Source: Bispira polyomma
Lineage: Eukaryota
Reading direction: 5' to 3'
Assembly (NCBI GenBank): GCA_965649765.1
Contig: OZ287748.1
Span: forward strand, 44,020,001 to 44,084,000
Length of the DNA: 64,000 nucleotides
Shown: positions 40,028 through 55,000 of the stretch, piece by piece
Position numbering within the stretch: the first letter of the stretch is position 1
Layout: each line of letters opens with the position of its first letter
The notes under the pieces: model-generated
The model's database searches: none
What the model was told of the DNA's origin: nothing
Seen by the model: the letters and a program-made list of their open reading frames with translations, nothing else
Translations under genes and position numbers: made by a program

Positions 40028-43000
40028 ATGGATAGACAGTTCCTGTGTCTTATTTGTTGCCTATTATTTGGTTTTCTACTTGGTGAGTATTTTTAGTAAA
40101 CAATATATATACTAAAAACACCATATTACTGTCAATACTCAACCTGTTATATAACTTCAGAAAGGTTGTTTACAAAAATATCTTACTTGAGTGGAGAATG
40201 ATTTTACTTTATTTTTTCGCACTGCACCATAGTTTTTATTTATCTGTAGCACCTGATTCAGTAGTAAGACAGGAAAGTTTACAGTCTTGTAAAAAAGAGA
40301 GAACAGGTGATCCAAATCTTATCTGTGCGGGTTTGGGTGCTGTACAAGTAACAACTGCAATGCTAGGTTATAATGAAGGTTGTACGACAATAATGGGAAA
40401 TTATTCATTCCAAAAAGATGTCTCCTTATTATTCCAAAGAACCTGTGATGGATATGGAAATTGTGAAATTACATGGTTCTCTATAGAGTGTCTAACTGAT
40501 TCTTCTACAGAAAATATACTGAACAGTCTTCACATGGTTTTTAACTGTACAGCAAGTAAGTTTTACTTCAGATGCCTTGGTTACGAAATAATGTCCCTGA
40601 TTATAATTATTTTAAAAGTCAAATTTAAGTGGAATACTTTACACTTTTTTTGTGAGCAACAATGATTACATGGTTTTATTAGTACTGGGTTTATGTGTAT
40701 CATACTCTAATTAGGGACATAACTTGTTTCCTAGTGATCAATGGGACAATGCATGCCGCCTTTTTCAGCATATGTAACATCACATACATCCCAGTCGCAG
40801 AAAAAGTGTTAAACACGTCTACTTTAGGAGACTGTTATCCCAGTCCACGTTAAATACAACGCCCTCAATTAAAAAATATGTTTTGCTATCATCAGGGCAT
40901 TTTACCATAGCTACACTAAGGCCAATCACACTGCTGAATTAATTAGCAATTCCCGGTCTTCTTGGGGTTATACCTCCATATTGAAATTAACTTTGAAGAA
41001 GCAACAAGCAGAAATTATTTTAACTTATATGGAAAATCATACAGGTTTTGTTTTTAGTAAATGGTTTTAAACTTTACATTTTATCATTTACCATACTATA
41101 AAGAAGTTGTTATTGGAATTGTGTATGCATATAACGATGAGTAAGATGACTAAAACACCACTACAGACAAAGAAAGCAGTCAACCGTAAGACCAAGGTGT
41201 TGAAAGCTACAAGTGGAACAGATGGGTCACAGGTAACTAATGGTATTGTTCGGGCCCTTCGTAGCCATCTTGGCGAAGTAGATGAACCGTTAACTTGTCC
41301 ACCGAGTGCTGGCTTGTTCCAGGCTGATTCCCAGTTGATACAGCCACCGGTCAATTCAAGACCATTAGTAGATCCACCTAACAAGATGTTAGAAATACTG
41401 AGAAGATTAGAATCTAGGCTTGAAAAAATCGAAGCTAAAATGGTCACGGCTACCAACTCGGTGAGTAGTTCTAGCCAGATCACGAGCAGTACTACACCAC
41501 TAGGACGTGGCGGTCAGACGGCCAATAGTTTACCACTACCTCGGTACACTCCGCCTTCAGAAGTCGGAATCACACAGAAACCACCATTTGGGCCCATGCA
41601 CCATGAATACAACTGGGATGGCATTATTCCCAACTTAGAGATTCTTTGTTCCATGCCTGACGTGGAGTCAGTAGTTACACCCCAATAGGCCAGTTATGAG
41701 TCATTGGCACAAAAGGAACTGTCCAAAGGTAAGCCGAACCAAAGGGTTAAGTCTGGCAGGTTTAATTCTACTGATGTTGCCACAGTTGATCCGAGATACC
41801 GTTGGCCTAACGAGGGTTGTTTAGCAATGAATGTCAGCACTTTCTCTTGTAAACGTCCCGCCTATAATGATCTGTCTCTACCACAATGAGCGGCAGGACA
41901 AATCTCTAACGCACTCCTTGTCACAGATAACAAAGCCATGAGGGACATGATGGCTCAGATAGAATTCGCGCTTCGAGATGCTTTGTTGCTTCCCTGGCCA
42001 GTGGTAAGGACTGTGTGGGCATCAAATATGCACAAGATTGAGGAGGTGCCCTTGATGTGGCAAGATCACACGCAATGGGCGAATTAATTGAGCGTGTCTC
42101 AGTTAGCTATGGTCAACAACCACCATCAGGGTACGTCCAATGTTACAGAACAGAAAACAATATGTAAGCTATTTAATAATGGTAAATGCAGTCACAAAAA
42201 TGATCATGGAAATTATAAGCATCGATGCTGGTACTGTGCCAAAGTTCTAGGGAAGGAATCTGGTCACCCCGAATTTAAATGTTTTAAGGCAAACTCTAGT
42301 AAGCAATCTGACAATCAAAATGTGAAAAGCAGCAGAGACATTCAACAACCAGTTAAGCAGGAAGGAACATTGATAAATACTGTAGATTTGAGAGTAGATG
42401 AAGACAATTCTTTAAGTAAAAACAGTCTAAGTTATGTAGACAAAGACAATTTAAAAAATGATTTGTTATTGAGAGACAATAGGTTTCAGTCAAACTGTAA
42501 TCATAAAACTAATGTGTTGTCAAATGTAATATCTGAAAGCATTTCAGGAAGCACTTATAGCAATGTCGGGTCTGTCCAGAGGTAGCAGCAAATGCTTCCA
42601 TCTACCAGGGTGCAAGGAATGGTCAAGTCGGCCTCAGGGGAGTGTAGCTTAAACTACTGTGAGATAACAGGAAATCATCATGACAAAAATCATACAGGCC
42701 ACATACAGAGTGACCACCCTGAAGGGGGGGCCATCAAGGTAAAACTTAGTGTGACCAATTGGTCTTTACCTGATTTCACCACTGAAAGAAGTTTTCCAAT
42801 TATTCACATAGGGGACCTGCTTATTTTGCAAAGGGGTTTTATTATAGCTACATTGATAATGTCACAGGCTTAGAATGCTACACTCCTCTGGATTTCAAAC
42901 CCAACGGTATGTTGCATATTATTAATGTTTTTGAAATACTGGTCAGTAAAGTCAGTGACATTTATAAAGATTGATGACATTGAATGTATTTCAGCTAAGC

Positions 43001-46000
43001 AACAAAAGCAAGCTAGTAATGACTTTTATTATTACCAAAAATACAGTGTCTGAAATAACATGGTGAAACTTACACTCAATATGTAGAAAATGTAATTGAC
43101 AAGTTAATTGAATGTTGGAAAGATGAAAGTACAGTTAATACTGAAAAAATTGTAAAATCAACAGGCGAACCTGAACAGAATGGAAGTAGTAGCTTTAACA
43201 CTACTAAAAGCCTGGTAAGTTATTGTGATGAAAAATATACTCACACTGCATTGTCCGAATTCTTCTCCCAAATGGCTTATATGGTAAGGGCCAGTGAACC
43301 TGTGAACATGATGGTCACTGACATCAATGACAAAGTAAGACTGTAGGTTTTATTGCACTATCAGATACTGACTTTGAATTTCAAGACCCAGATAGGCAAC
43401 CAATACATATTAAAACAGTAGAAGACATGATTACAATTGCACAAATTATAAAACAGACAGAAGTTCCAAACTATTGATCAGCCAGAATACCACTAAGTTC
43501 TGGTCTAAATACACAAGCTTGGATTATCCTGACAAACTATTACTCCAATATATTAGATTTGGATTTCATTTATGTTTGAGTACTCCCCCTAAGTTAGAAA
43601 TTATTAAGGTAAAGAACCATTACTCTGCTTTCCAGTATCCCTATGAGGTTGGGGAATATCTGAAGAAAGAAACTGATTTAGGGGCCATGTTAGGTCCAGT
43701 TAAGGAAGTAAAGACTTCAGACTACCATTGTTCTCCACTTCTAAAAGGATAAATACGATGGTGTTTCATTTGTATTAAAATTTTCTACAATTGATGACAT
43801 CACACAAGCCAAATGTGATACGGAGAACGCCACCTTATTTAAAATTGACATTGCCAGGGCATTCAGGAACCTAAGAGTTGACCCTGTGGGCACAATAAAG
43901 CTAGGCATTTCTTGGCCAGATGAGTATTACGTGGACCCTGTGATTGCATTTGAGTGTGTTCATGGAAGCAAGGCTTTTCAGCGATGTATGAACGCAATTA
44001 CTGCACATATGTGGAAACAGGGCTTTAGGGTATTCGGATACATAGATGATTAGGCTTGTGTCATCCAGAAGGAAAAAGCTATGGAAGGCTTTGATAAGCT
44101 TCACACATTGTTACAAGAGCTAGGCCTCTCAATGAATCAAGTTAAGTTGACTCCACCAACAAATAAGCTTACTTGTCTAGGAATCGATTTTGATATCACC
44201 AAAGGCATTATAAGTATACAAACAGAAAAGCTAAAAAAAGTTGATGACATTTGTATTAAAGTTTTACACAAAAGTATATATCCCACTATATAAGTCTACA
44301 TTTATAAATGTGTTACTCCAGCACGAATTTTTGTGAACAGATTATTGGCTGAATTTTGAGCTGGTCATGTAAATAAGCGTTTTAAAATAACTGATGAAAT
44401 AAAAAATGACCTGCTATGGTTTAAAAAGTTTTTAGAACGATATAATGGCATAAATTTTATTAACCATGATGTCATACCACATGCAGATGAGCTGCACCTA
44501 GACGCTTGCCTTACAGATTTGGGAGGCATTTAGAATGGAGAGGTTTATGCTACACCATTTCATGACATTTTCAACAGAAAATTAACAATTGCACACCTCG
44601 AAATGCTTATCATAATTATCGCTTTATGTGTATGGGCAGAGAAGTGGAGACATAGTAGTCCAATGATCAACTGTGACAACATGACAGTGGTCTGGTTGTC
44701 GAATCACATAAAACCAGAGATAGTTTCCTGGTATTATGCTTGAGAAACATCTAGTTACTAACAGCTACTTATCACATTAATTTAAAAATTACATATAAAC
44801 ATATACCTGGTAAGAAAAATGTTATTGCAGATGCTCTGTCTAGATTATATTCAGACAAGGCATCGGATCAAGACCTCATAAATAAAATAGACAGTAGCTT
44901 TAAATGGCATCAAGTACCAAATGAATGCTTCAATTTTGACCTATCTATATAATTTCAGGTTCTACATGCATCAGCCAGGCTCTGATGTCTTCAGCCAATG
45001 CCAGAATTGACTTAGCCTTAAGACCAAAGAAAACCACAGCATACAATGCACAATTTAAAACATTTATAGCTTCACAGGAAGTTCACAGGAATTGTTACTG
45101 TCAATGTACAGGCAGTTATTGCTTTTTTGGAATATCTGGTGCAGAACCAGCTATCACCAGGAGCAATTAATAATTATCTAGCAGCTCTAAAATTTGTAGC
45201 TTCTAAGCTCAATTGGAATCTTACTCCATTTACATACAATGCAGTCCCATTATTTACTAGAACAGTTGATTCTCATATCTGAAGCTTGTGAAATCCTGGT
45301 TGACCCATTATCTTTTTAGTGGCTTTCTTTGGTTTCTTGAGGCTATCATAGCATAGCTCCTCATTCTAAATATACCTCCATATTAAAATTGACTTTGAAG
45401 ACGCAACAAGTAGAATTTTTTTAACTTCCCACCACCTCCCCTTAGTACCACAGCTAGGATTTGGTCAGTTTGAGGGCCACTTGGCACTCTAACTAAATTG
45501 AGAAATTAATAATAGTGAATGTAGATGTTTAGACGGGGTATAACACGGTTAGTGTCAAATTATGTAGATTGTAATTACTTACATAGTCGTTTTGACGTAT
45601 TACAAAAAGGGTTACTGTAATGCTCCTCTGGCTGTGTGGAATGAGGTTCTGCCTTCTTATACTTTCCTCTGAGTTCATGTCTAGGGTTCCAGAGTAGAAT
45701 AAAGGCTCTTAGAGGTTTAACCAAGGTTGAGATGATGTTTATGGAAACTTATGAAGAATTAAAATTTTCTTCCTTTATATAGAGCACAAGTGTAAAATTA
45801 TCATAATAAATGGTACAGTGACAAGCACAATAATTAAATAGTTAAAAGCTATGAAGCCACAGTACTGAAGTAGGAATGTATCTTGTGTGACATGCATGGT
45901 GTAATCTCACATAAAGTGTCAAGTAAAATGTATCTTGTGACAGAAAGGATTAGCCACTCAACTCAATTTAGTGCAAGGTTTGAGGTACGATAGATTTAGG

Positions 46001-49000
46001 ATATGGTTTGTGTGTCACAAGTAAATTGCATTAATATGACCAAATAGCCCAGAACAGGGAAATTCTTTTGTTAAAGCAATTGTTTGAAAATGCCTATTTT
46101 GTTTGTGTATGTGTGTGTCAGTTTGGAACTCTTCATTGTATGACCTATACAATGCTTTAAAGCATACATATCAATTCGCATAAATTTTGCTTTATTCTTA
46201 AAATATATTCTTTAACTTTATTCTAAAAATGTATTATTTAAAGTTTTTTTAATGTTTTTTTAATCAAGTTCAATAATTTGTTGTCAGTGTAGTCACCACA
46301 AAAATAACTTATGCACACCCGAGTGTTAAAGTTCATTAACACAAATATTTTTGGGGCATATATGTATTGCCCAGTATTGCCCAGTAAAACCCAGGTTAAC
46401 CTGGGTTATCCCGCTGGGCTGGGAAATACTCATAAAACCCGGGTTTTACTCAACCCTGGGTTTAACTCTCATCTGCTAGGCGATTTGGTGTCCAAAGCCA
46501 GGGGTTGCAAAAAACAGATTGTATAAGCAAAAGAAATTTTAAAAAAGGGTTTTGTTATACCAGTATTAATGTAAAAAATCAGGGCATATGTAAAGTCTAG
46601 ATAGGTAAACTATGATCATTTGAAGTGTGTATGTCAGGAATGACACTACAACGTATGTATATAAATTGTTACAAACGTAGAGAGTGTGTGATCAAATGTG
46701 TAGAATGACGTGGTTAAAGTGTGAATTGGACATAACATAACATAACATATTGCATTTGCTATTGCGCATTTTTACAATTCTGTTTCAAATGCGCATTTTC
46801 ATGAAAGTCTACTTGTAATACTTGTCAAAGAGATATTTCTTAATTTTTTTCCTAAACAGTTTTAGATTGTTACAGTCCTTGATGTTGCAGGGTAACTCAT
46901 TCCACAATGATGGGCCGCTCACACTGAATGATCCTGATGCAAAAGTGTGTCGGCTTGTTTTAGGTACAAGAAGATTGTTTGAGAAAGTCGAGGATCTGAG
47001 TCCTTCTCTAAACACTGGTTTTTGAGTCAGCAGGTTTTGCAAATATTCTGGAGCATTTCCTTGCAGGCAATTGTATACAAGCACCATAATTTTGAATTTA
47101 ATCCTGGCAGCAATTGGTAGCCAGTGAAGTAGCTTTCTGGATTCAGTCGAGCTTTCATATTTTGTCCTGTTAAGTACTAATTTGGCAGCTATATTTTGAA
47201 CTCTTTGCAATTTCTTGATTGAGTTTTGTGGTAGACCAAACAGTACACTATTACAAAAATCGAAATGTGACATTACTAAGCCTAGAACTAGTGTGTGTGT
47301 TGCTTCCATTGTAAGGGTGGATCTGATGTTTCTAATTCGGTGAATGTTTAGCATAGCTACTTTGCATTTATGGGTAATGTGTTGTTTGAAGTTGAGGTGC
47401 TTATCTAAATAGACTCCTAGATACTTAATGTCAGCACTTGAATTAACATCTTCACCATTCACTTTTAAACTATGTAAGAAACATTTTCAAAGTTGCTTTG
47501 GATGGCCAAAGAGAATGAATTCAGTTTTAGAGCTGTTTATTTTAAGACGGTTGGAATCCATCCACAATTTTATATCCTCAGCACAATTTTCTAATGATCT
47601 AAGAGTGGTGGCTTCAGCTGAGATGTTGTTGGCTGAGAATGACAATTTGATTGCATGGTCGTCTGCATATCCGTGCGGTGACATATCAGCTGGAACTACG
47701 TATTTCAGGGTACTTGCATAGCTAGAGTAGAGAGTTGGACCCGCACAACTGCCCTGTGGTACTGAGAAATCTAGTGGCGTTTTATTAGAATAGCTTTTAC
47801 CTATGTTCACACAGCATGATCTTGGGTTTAGATAGTTATTGAACCATTTCAGAGCACTTCCAGATATACCATATTGTTTGTTTAAAACTTTAAGTAGGAT
47901 TTCATGATCAACTGTGTCGAATGCAGCTGATAAGTTGATCGCCATCATTGTAGTTACTTTTTGATGTTCCATGGCCCACAAAATGTCATTTGTTAATTTT
48001 ACCAGTGCAGTCTCACAGGAAAAACCCTGTCTGTAAGCAGACTGATAGTCAGGAAAGAGACTTTGAGTTTCAACATGGTCATTGAATTGTTCCAGAACTG
48101 CCTTTTCTAAAACCTTGGATAAAAATGACAAATTACTAACTGGTCTGTAGTTACACAATTCTAAGTCTAGTCCTTTTTTCTTGAGAAGTGGTCTGATAAC
48201 TGCGTTCTTCCATGTACTTGGAAAGGTACCGATTTGCAATGACTTATTGATTATGAGAGTGATGTGTTTAATAATGGCTCCAATAACTTTTTTTAAAACT
48301 TTGGTTGGAAGAGCATCTAATGCACAAGTTTTGCTAGCCATGCCACAGATTATACTATGTACTTCATCTTCACTTAGGGGAACAAAGTTATGTAGTATTG
48401 TACAATCATTTTGTTGTGGCTCAAATTTGGGACAACTTTCTAAATCTGTTCTAATTTTCTTAATTTTGTTCAGGAAGAAATCAGTAAATTTATTGGCTAG
48501 ACTATCATCATCAATGTTGTCAGGAAAAGGATTTTCTTTGGGGCCTCCAGTGTTCGGTGATCAGTTTATAAAGTTTTTTTGAGTCTTTACCACATTCTTC
48601 AATCTTTTCACTTAAGATTAAAATTTTGGAATTTTTTAACATATACTTGTACTTGTTTCTTTCTATTTTTAAAGCTTTCAGAGTGTCTGGTGTTCGATAT
48701 CTTCTCCATATTCTTTCTCTTCTTCTCACTTTCTGTTTTTGTGATTTGATTTCTTCATTATACCATGGAAATTTTCTTCTAGGTACAATTTTTTTTTCTA
48801 CCTGTTTGTCTAAGCATAACTTCAAATTATCTTCAAAAAATTCAACTACATTATCAATAGTCATTGACTCATCAGTAGGCAGTTCAATTTTGCTTAAATC
48901 AATGTATAACTTGTCCAGTTTTCTATTCCATTTTCTCACTGATTTTACTTGACTTTTTGGGCTATTTTTGTGACATCTTAAATAACAAATTACAGCACGA

Positions 49001-52000
49001 TGATCTGACACAAATTTTCCTGGAACACATTTGAATATTAAGTCACTGTCAAATTTGCTAATTACTGCATCTAATATGTGTCCAGCAACATGAGTATAAA
49101 AACTAACATGTTGTTTATATCCCAGTGAGTTAATTATTTCATTCAGTGTTTCAGTGTCATAGCTTTGCTTGTCATTTAAATGAATGTTGAGGTCACCAAG
49201 AACAATTGAGTTTGTATTGTCTTCTATTGCTAGGTCAGAGAGTTTATCACTGAATTCATTTAGAAAGGTAGCATTTGTTATTGGATGTTTCTTTGAGTAT
49301 GGAGGATGATATATTGCATTTAGCGTGACTACCTTTTGTGGAAGAGAAACCCTCCATTTGGCAAACTGAAATGACTGTAGTTCACACTCATTAAGTTTCT
49401 TAACTCTATACTCTTTCTTATAAATAAGTACCAGACCCCCACCTCTTGATTCTCTGCTAACAGCATCAAGGCAGTATCCACGTTTTGTCAGTTCACAGGT
49501 ACTTATCCAAGCATCCACCTCATCAGTGTTTTTAGCTAGCCAGGTTTCAGTCACAACACACAGATCTATGTTTAAATCATTGATGTATTCTGCGAGTATA
49601 ATATCCTTGTTTTTAATAGACTGGGCATTTATGAGCAGTATACTGATGTTTTCACTGCTATTTTGTCCTGGCTCATTATCTATACATATTTCACATTCTG
49701 ATACAGTAGTTGTATTTGTATCCAGGTATTTCTGTTTATTGCGGTTTTTTCCTGCTCTTTTTCCTCTTTTGTTCAGCCTATTTTTTTCTTATGACTTTTA
49801 CTGTATCCAGTGATAATGACTTTGATGTTGTGCTTGATTGTACTTTTTGTCTAATCTCTAACAAATCAGATTGGTTGTACCGTACATACATTAAAAATGA
49901 ATAGTACAGAGTCTGCTACAGGCTATTGTATTTATCACACAAGTACACATCAATCTCATATGCTTACCACTGCTTATAAACTGGGTTTACACAGAAATAT
50001 TTATCCATTATTTATCTGAAATATCCTTTTTTTGTCTTCTCAAAATTGTATTTACTTTACTCCTGGATCCTTTATGAACACCATATTGTAAAATCATAGG
50101 ATAATGACTAATATTTCCAGTAACAATCAGCTGATTAAGTGATAATTTTCCCAGTGCAGCCACTCAGAGTGCAAGATGGGGGTAAATTCATACATTAATG
50201 GCCTGTTTATAAGCAATAAATGTCGCAACACGAAGAGTTCAATTTCAACCAAAAACACCGTTTATGGGTGGTTTATGGCTGTTTGGAGTTGTCGAAACCC
50301 AAATGTACTTATAAATAGATAGAACACCAATAATGGTTAATAACAATAATACTGATACACTGTTTTAGTTTATAATTTTATTGTGATGGTTGAAATATAC
50401 ACTTTTTGATAGAAATTATGTTAAATGTAATGCAAAGTTTATTTTGCCAATTTTATTGTGTCGTATGAATAGCTATTATGGATGCTATGATGCTATTATT
50501 GTTTTGCCTAGTCCTTTTTTTATTAGGCTTGTCCTGGTTTTATTATTGTTAGCTTTGCCTAGTTGGGGCTGTAAACATTTGTCATGTTTAAATAAAAATT
50601 TTAAGCATTTTACCTTATATGTAATATCATGTACACAAACTACTAACATGTAAAAAATAAATCCTCAAAGTGAAATCTTTTACTATCTCTGTGTTACTGA
50701 ACTTCCACCACAAACTTGCAAATTTGAATTCATAACTTTGACCTTGTATATTAACCTTAACAAAGGGGACTGACAAACAGAGGCAATATATACATCTATT
50801 TTTAAATCACTATTCAGATATACACAGAGGCAATATATACATCTATACTTTTAAATCACTTTTCAGATATACACATCCACAACTAGTTATTAATCAAATA
50901 TGCAATTCTACTGTCTATAAGCAGTTCATGAACCATGATATAAATTGTAGTAACAAGTAGCTGATATATGTGAACATAAGGTATGTGAGGTTCCATTTAT
51001 TCATTATCCACTGTGACATAAGTATAACGTTTTCGTGGCTGATACGGGCCGGGTGATACAATGATCTGTATTAATCGGAGGCCGTGAATGTGTATATGAA
51101 CACTGTAGTATTTACTAGATTTTCCAAGGTTTTATTCTCAATTTAAGCAATATTTAAGGTAGAAAGTTATTAAAAGTGTGACTAAAATAAAATATGGACC
51201 TTAAACAACAGAATTGTCTATTATACTCGATTTTTAGTATTTTATAAATACAAGTTTGAAGCTAATTCTATAAAGTGGCTGTCCCACTATCCCGATAATA
51301 GCTCCTGACTGTCCCGATTGTACAATCAAGAGGCAATCGAGAGAACAATCGGGACATCCAGGAAGTTGTCCCGACTTATTAGTGTCAATCGGGACACTCG
51401 CGGTCACTTGTGCAAATTCCTAACATGTTAGAAAACCTCTACGATTGAATGATATGCAGCCGATCGATCGGGGTCGATCAGGGTTAATCGTTAGCTGCTA
51501 ACGTGTTATCTTAACCTTATAATGACTTATCTTTACGATCGACATCTAAATTGGGAGAAAGAAATTGCCATTTTGAAAAGGAATAATCGTCTAATCCCTC
51601 CTGATAAATCGCAAAGAACCCCCGACTGTAAAGAAGATTTATCGCCCAATCCGTCTCAGTTGGTCGGGATTATCCTCCCGATTGGTCAGGAGCATTACAA
51701 ATAATTGTCTACTTGTCCAGAGTTACCGTGTCATATGTTAACAAGATAAAGATAACTCTGAAAATGTCATGAGGATAAGTCGTTACCAAGTTCCTGATTG
51801 TAAAGATAACTCGAGAGAAGCAGCCAATAAGTCGTTAGGAAGTCCCGACTGTAAAGATAACGAGGATTAACAATAGGTCGGGTGGAATAAAAGATAACTC
51901 GGGAGTGAAAGCGATGACTCGGGAAGCAATGGGAGATAGGAGCAGACTGTTTAAAAGGAAGAAGGCACACTCATTTTTCATCAGAATCATCCTAGCTTTC

Positions 52001-55000
52001 AGAGAGTCAACATCCACTTGCAATTTTTATGATTTTTAATTATAACAGGCTTTTATTTCTTCTTGTAAAGAAAAAGTGAGCCTAGTTAAATAAATATTGC
52101 AATAATGCCAGGAAAAAAGGAGTTACAAAGAAAGGTAGGGTACAACCAAGAGGAGGAGGAGAAAGAGTTTAAAGGGAGAGATACAGATGATGAGGACTCA
52201 CAATTTTTACAACAGTTGAACCGGCCTACTCTGAATGTAGCGGAAATAGAGTACACCCAGGAGACCCAGGATACTCAGGATACCCAGCATAATAGGGATA
52301 CCCCGGACAGTGAGGTGGCGGGCTTGAGTAGGAAGCAGAAGAAGGGGAAGATGAAGACTGTGTTGTTAACAGATGAGCAGGAGAAGGCTGTGGTCGACTT
52401 GAGTGACTCTACAATGAGCGTGATCCACTGTATAAAGACAATCAGAGGAAGGTCCTGCTGTGGGAGTAGTATTGCTCAACCAAGGGATTGGATTACATAT
52501 TAGTCATGAAGTGATTCCAGTCCCAGAGGACTATCTTTGGCAAGCTGAGTGTTCACAAGTCTGGGCAAGCTGCCCCAGAATTGACCAAGCGACAGCAGTG
52601 GTTGAAGACCAACTTCTCGTTCCTCAAGCCACCAAGCATGTGAAACTGGTCAGCCCATCACCCAGCAAACAGTTTTCAAACCCACCATTGAATACCTCCA
52701 CATATGACGACACAGCACACAACAACTCATCTGTTTTCAGTTTTTCAGATGTTTTAACACAGACTTGCCGCCGCATATCGGATATGAGCAACTCCCGAGT
52801 CCAGCAACATCCGTACTGCTTTTAATACTACTCAGAGATCAGCAGCAACAGCATGGAACGTGTTAACTACAACCAGCCAGCGATCAGCAACAACAACTTG
52901 GAATGCTTTAACCAGCCAGCAATCAGCAAACACAGTTTGTAGCGCCGCTTCCACTGCCACTACCAAACATCACCTCCTGGCAGTCTCCTGGCAGCCCTTT
53001 TGAGACCGCCATTCGCCGAACTTCCGGGTCCTTTTTAAGACCACCCGAATGTTGTAAGAACTTTGTGTGAGTTGTTTTGTTGAAAATCCCAAACAAACAG
53101 ATTACACAGTCCCCTCAAAAAACAATTTGCATACATAGACAGAACTTATAAACCACTGGCCAGAGTTTAAACCCCAAATAATAAGCCCAAACAAACAAAT
53201 TACACTGTCTCCTCAAAAACAATTCACACACAGAACTAATAAAAAGCCCAAATAATTACCAACTTGAAAAAAACACCTGTATTTCCTTTGCAAATTGTAA
53301 CTTTTAAGAAAGACAAAGAAAAAAAATAATTTAGAAAAAAAAGTAGAAACTCTTTGTAAGCCCATAATTTGACAATTGTGCAATACAAAGAGTTTGTCAT
53401 TGACAAAAAATCATTTCCTGAAATGTCACTTTCCCAAACAAGTGGTCACACCACTGACAGGGTTTGAACCCAGTCCCTTTACCAAAAATGTGGTCACACC
53501 ACTGACAGGGTTTGAACCCATGACCTCTGACACTCAATAGCCCATTAACCTATCTATTGCTGGGGAATCTTCAGATTGTATTATTTGGGTGGCCAAAGTA
53601 GGAATTTTTTATGTCAGTGATAGGCCTTGGGTTCAAATCTCTTTCAATAAGGAGTATATGAAGCTACCCAACAACAATATTAGAGCTGGATAACCATCTC
53701 CCACTTTCTGCCATCCATACTGCCACAATACCACAGGCTTTGCAACAGAGAGTTTAGTAATACCAATGTGTCTGGCTTCTGGTATTTCTTTCTAGTGTTC
53801 TTTTTCTTCCCAGGTGGATCTTAAACTGCTGATATCTGCTACTTATTGTTCTCGTATCAGACTCCAAACGACTACATTGCATATATTTTTTCAACCCTAC
53901 TCTGGTCACAAGTAACCTTTTTGACATATTTTGGATTTATGAATCATCCTGCAAAGTACAGCTCTTCTTTGTCTATCTCTAGACTTTTAAACTATATAAC
54001 CTGAGGATCATACCTGTCAAATACATCCACAAGACTGTTGGCACTATATTTGCTGTGTAAAGGTTTTTCATACATGTCATACAAGTTGTTAAAATGTCTA
54101 AAAGAATTACTTACTACTGACTGTATAATTACTCAAAATTTCTTATATATACAGTTTTCTGTCTGGGAAAATACATGTACATGTAACACTGTGTTTTTGC
54201 CAGCAAGTTTCTCTGGCTTATGACCTAGTTCCGACTTGTCAGTCTTTCTCATTGTTACATCTTCATGAAAGTAAAACAGTGACACAGCTCCTTGAGTGCA
54301 ATCAACAAACTCCTTGATTACATCCTCCCTTCTTGAAGATATTGACAAAGCTCTTCTAAAAACCATTATGGATCTATATTATTGTTACAGTGATTCCTTT
54401 AGGAATCCTAAGATTTATCATTTTGTTCTTACTTAAAAAACTCTCACAGTGCAACATGGTACGGAGGCATAAATACTCTTCTAACCAGTGCAGAGATTAT
54501 CTATCGCTATTAACCATCTTTTCATTCCCTTTCTGATAAAGTACTGCACTCATACCAAATGTTTGCACTCAGGAATCATGTGAAACATTAGAAATCACGA
54601 TTGGATTTGATTCAACATCAAAAGGATTAGTCATCCTGATGTATGCATGTTTGATAAGCTGTTGTCCACCATATTAATAAACCTTCCAATAACAAAATAA
54701 GGCATGTTGTGTGTATAAGGCTCTAGGATTTTAAACTTCCAAATCATAAGCCTTTTCTGGGTTTTGTCTCTCGTTTAATTGTGATAAAATACGCAGATGT
54801 ACAAAACGACACAACACAAACTAATTGAGATTAGTCGATTAAACATACTATAAAACATTTCAGGTGGCACAAATGTATATGCATTGTTTTTACTGAATGT
54901 TATTAAGTGATAATGCATGCCCAGTCCTGGACATTTGTGGCTGAAGTTGTAGTAAGAATTAGACAATTTTTATCATCCGTGGAAATTGGGTTTGTTCGGC

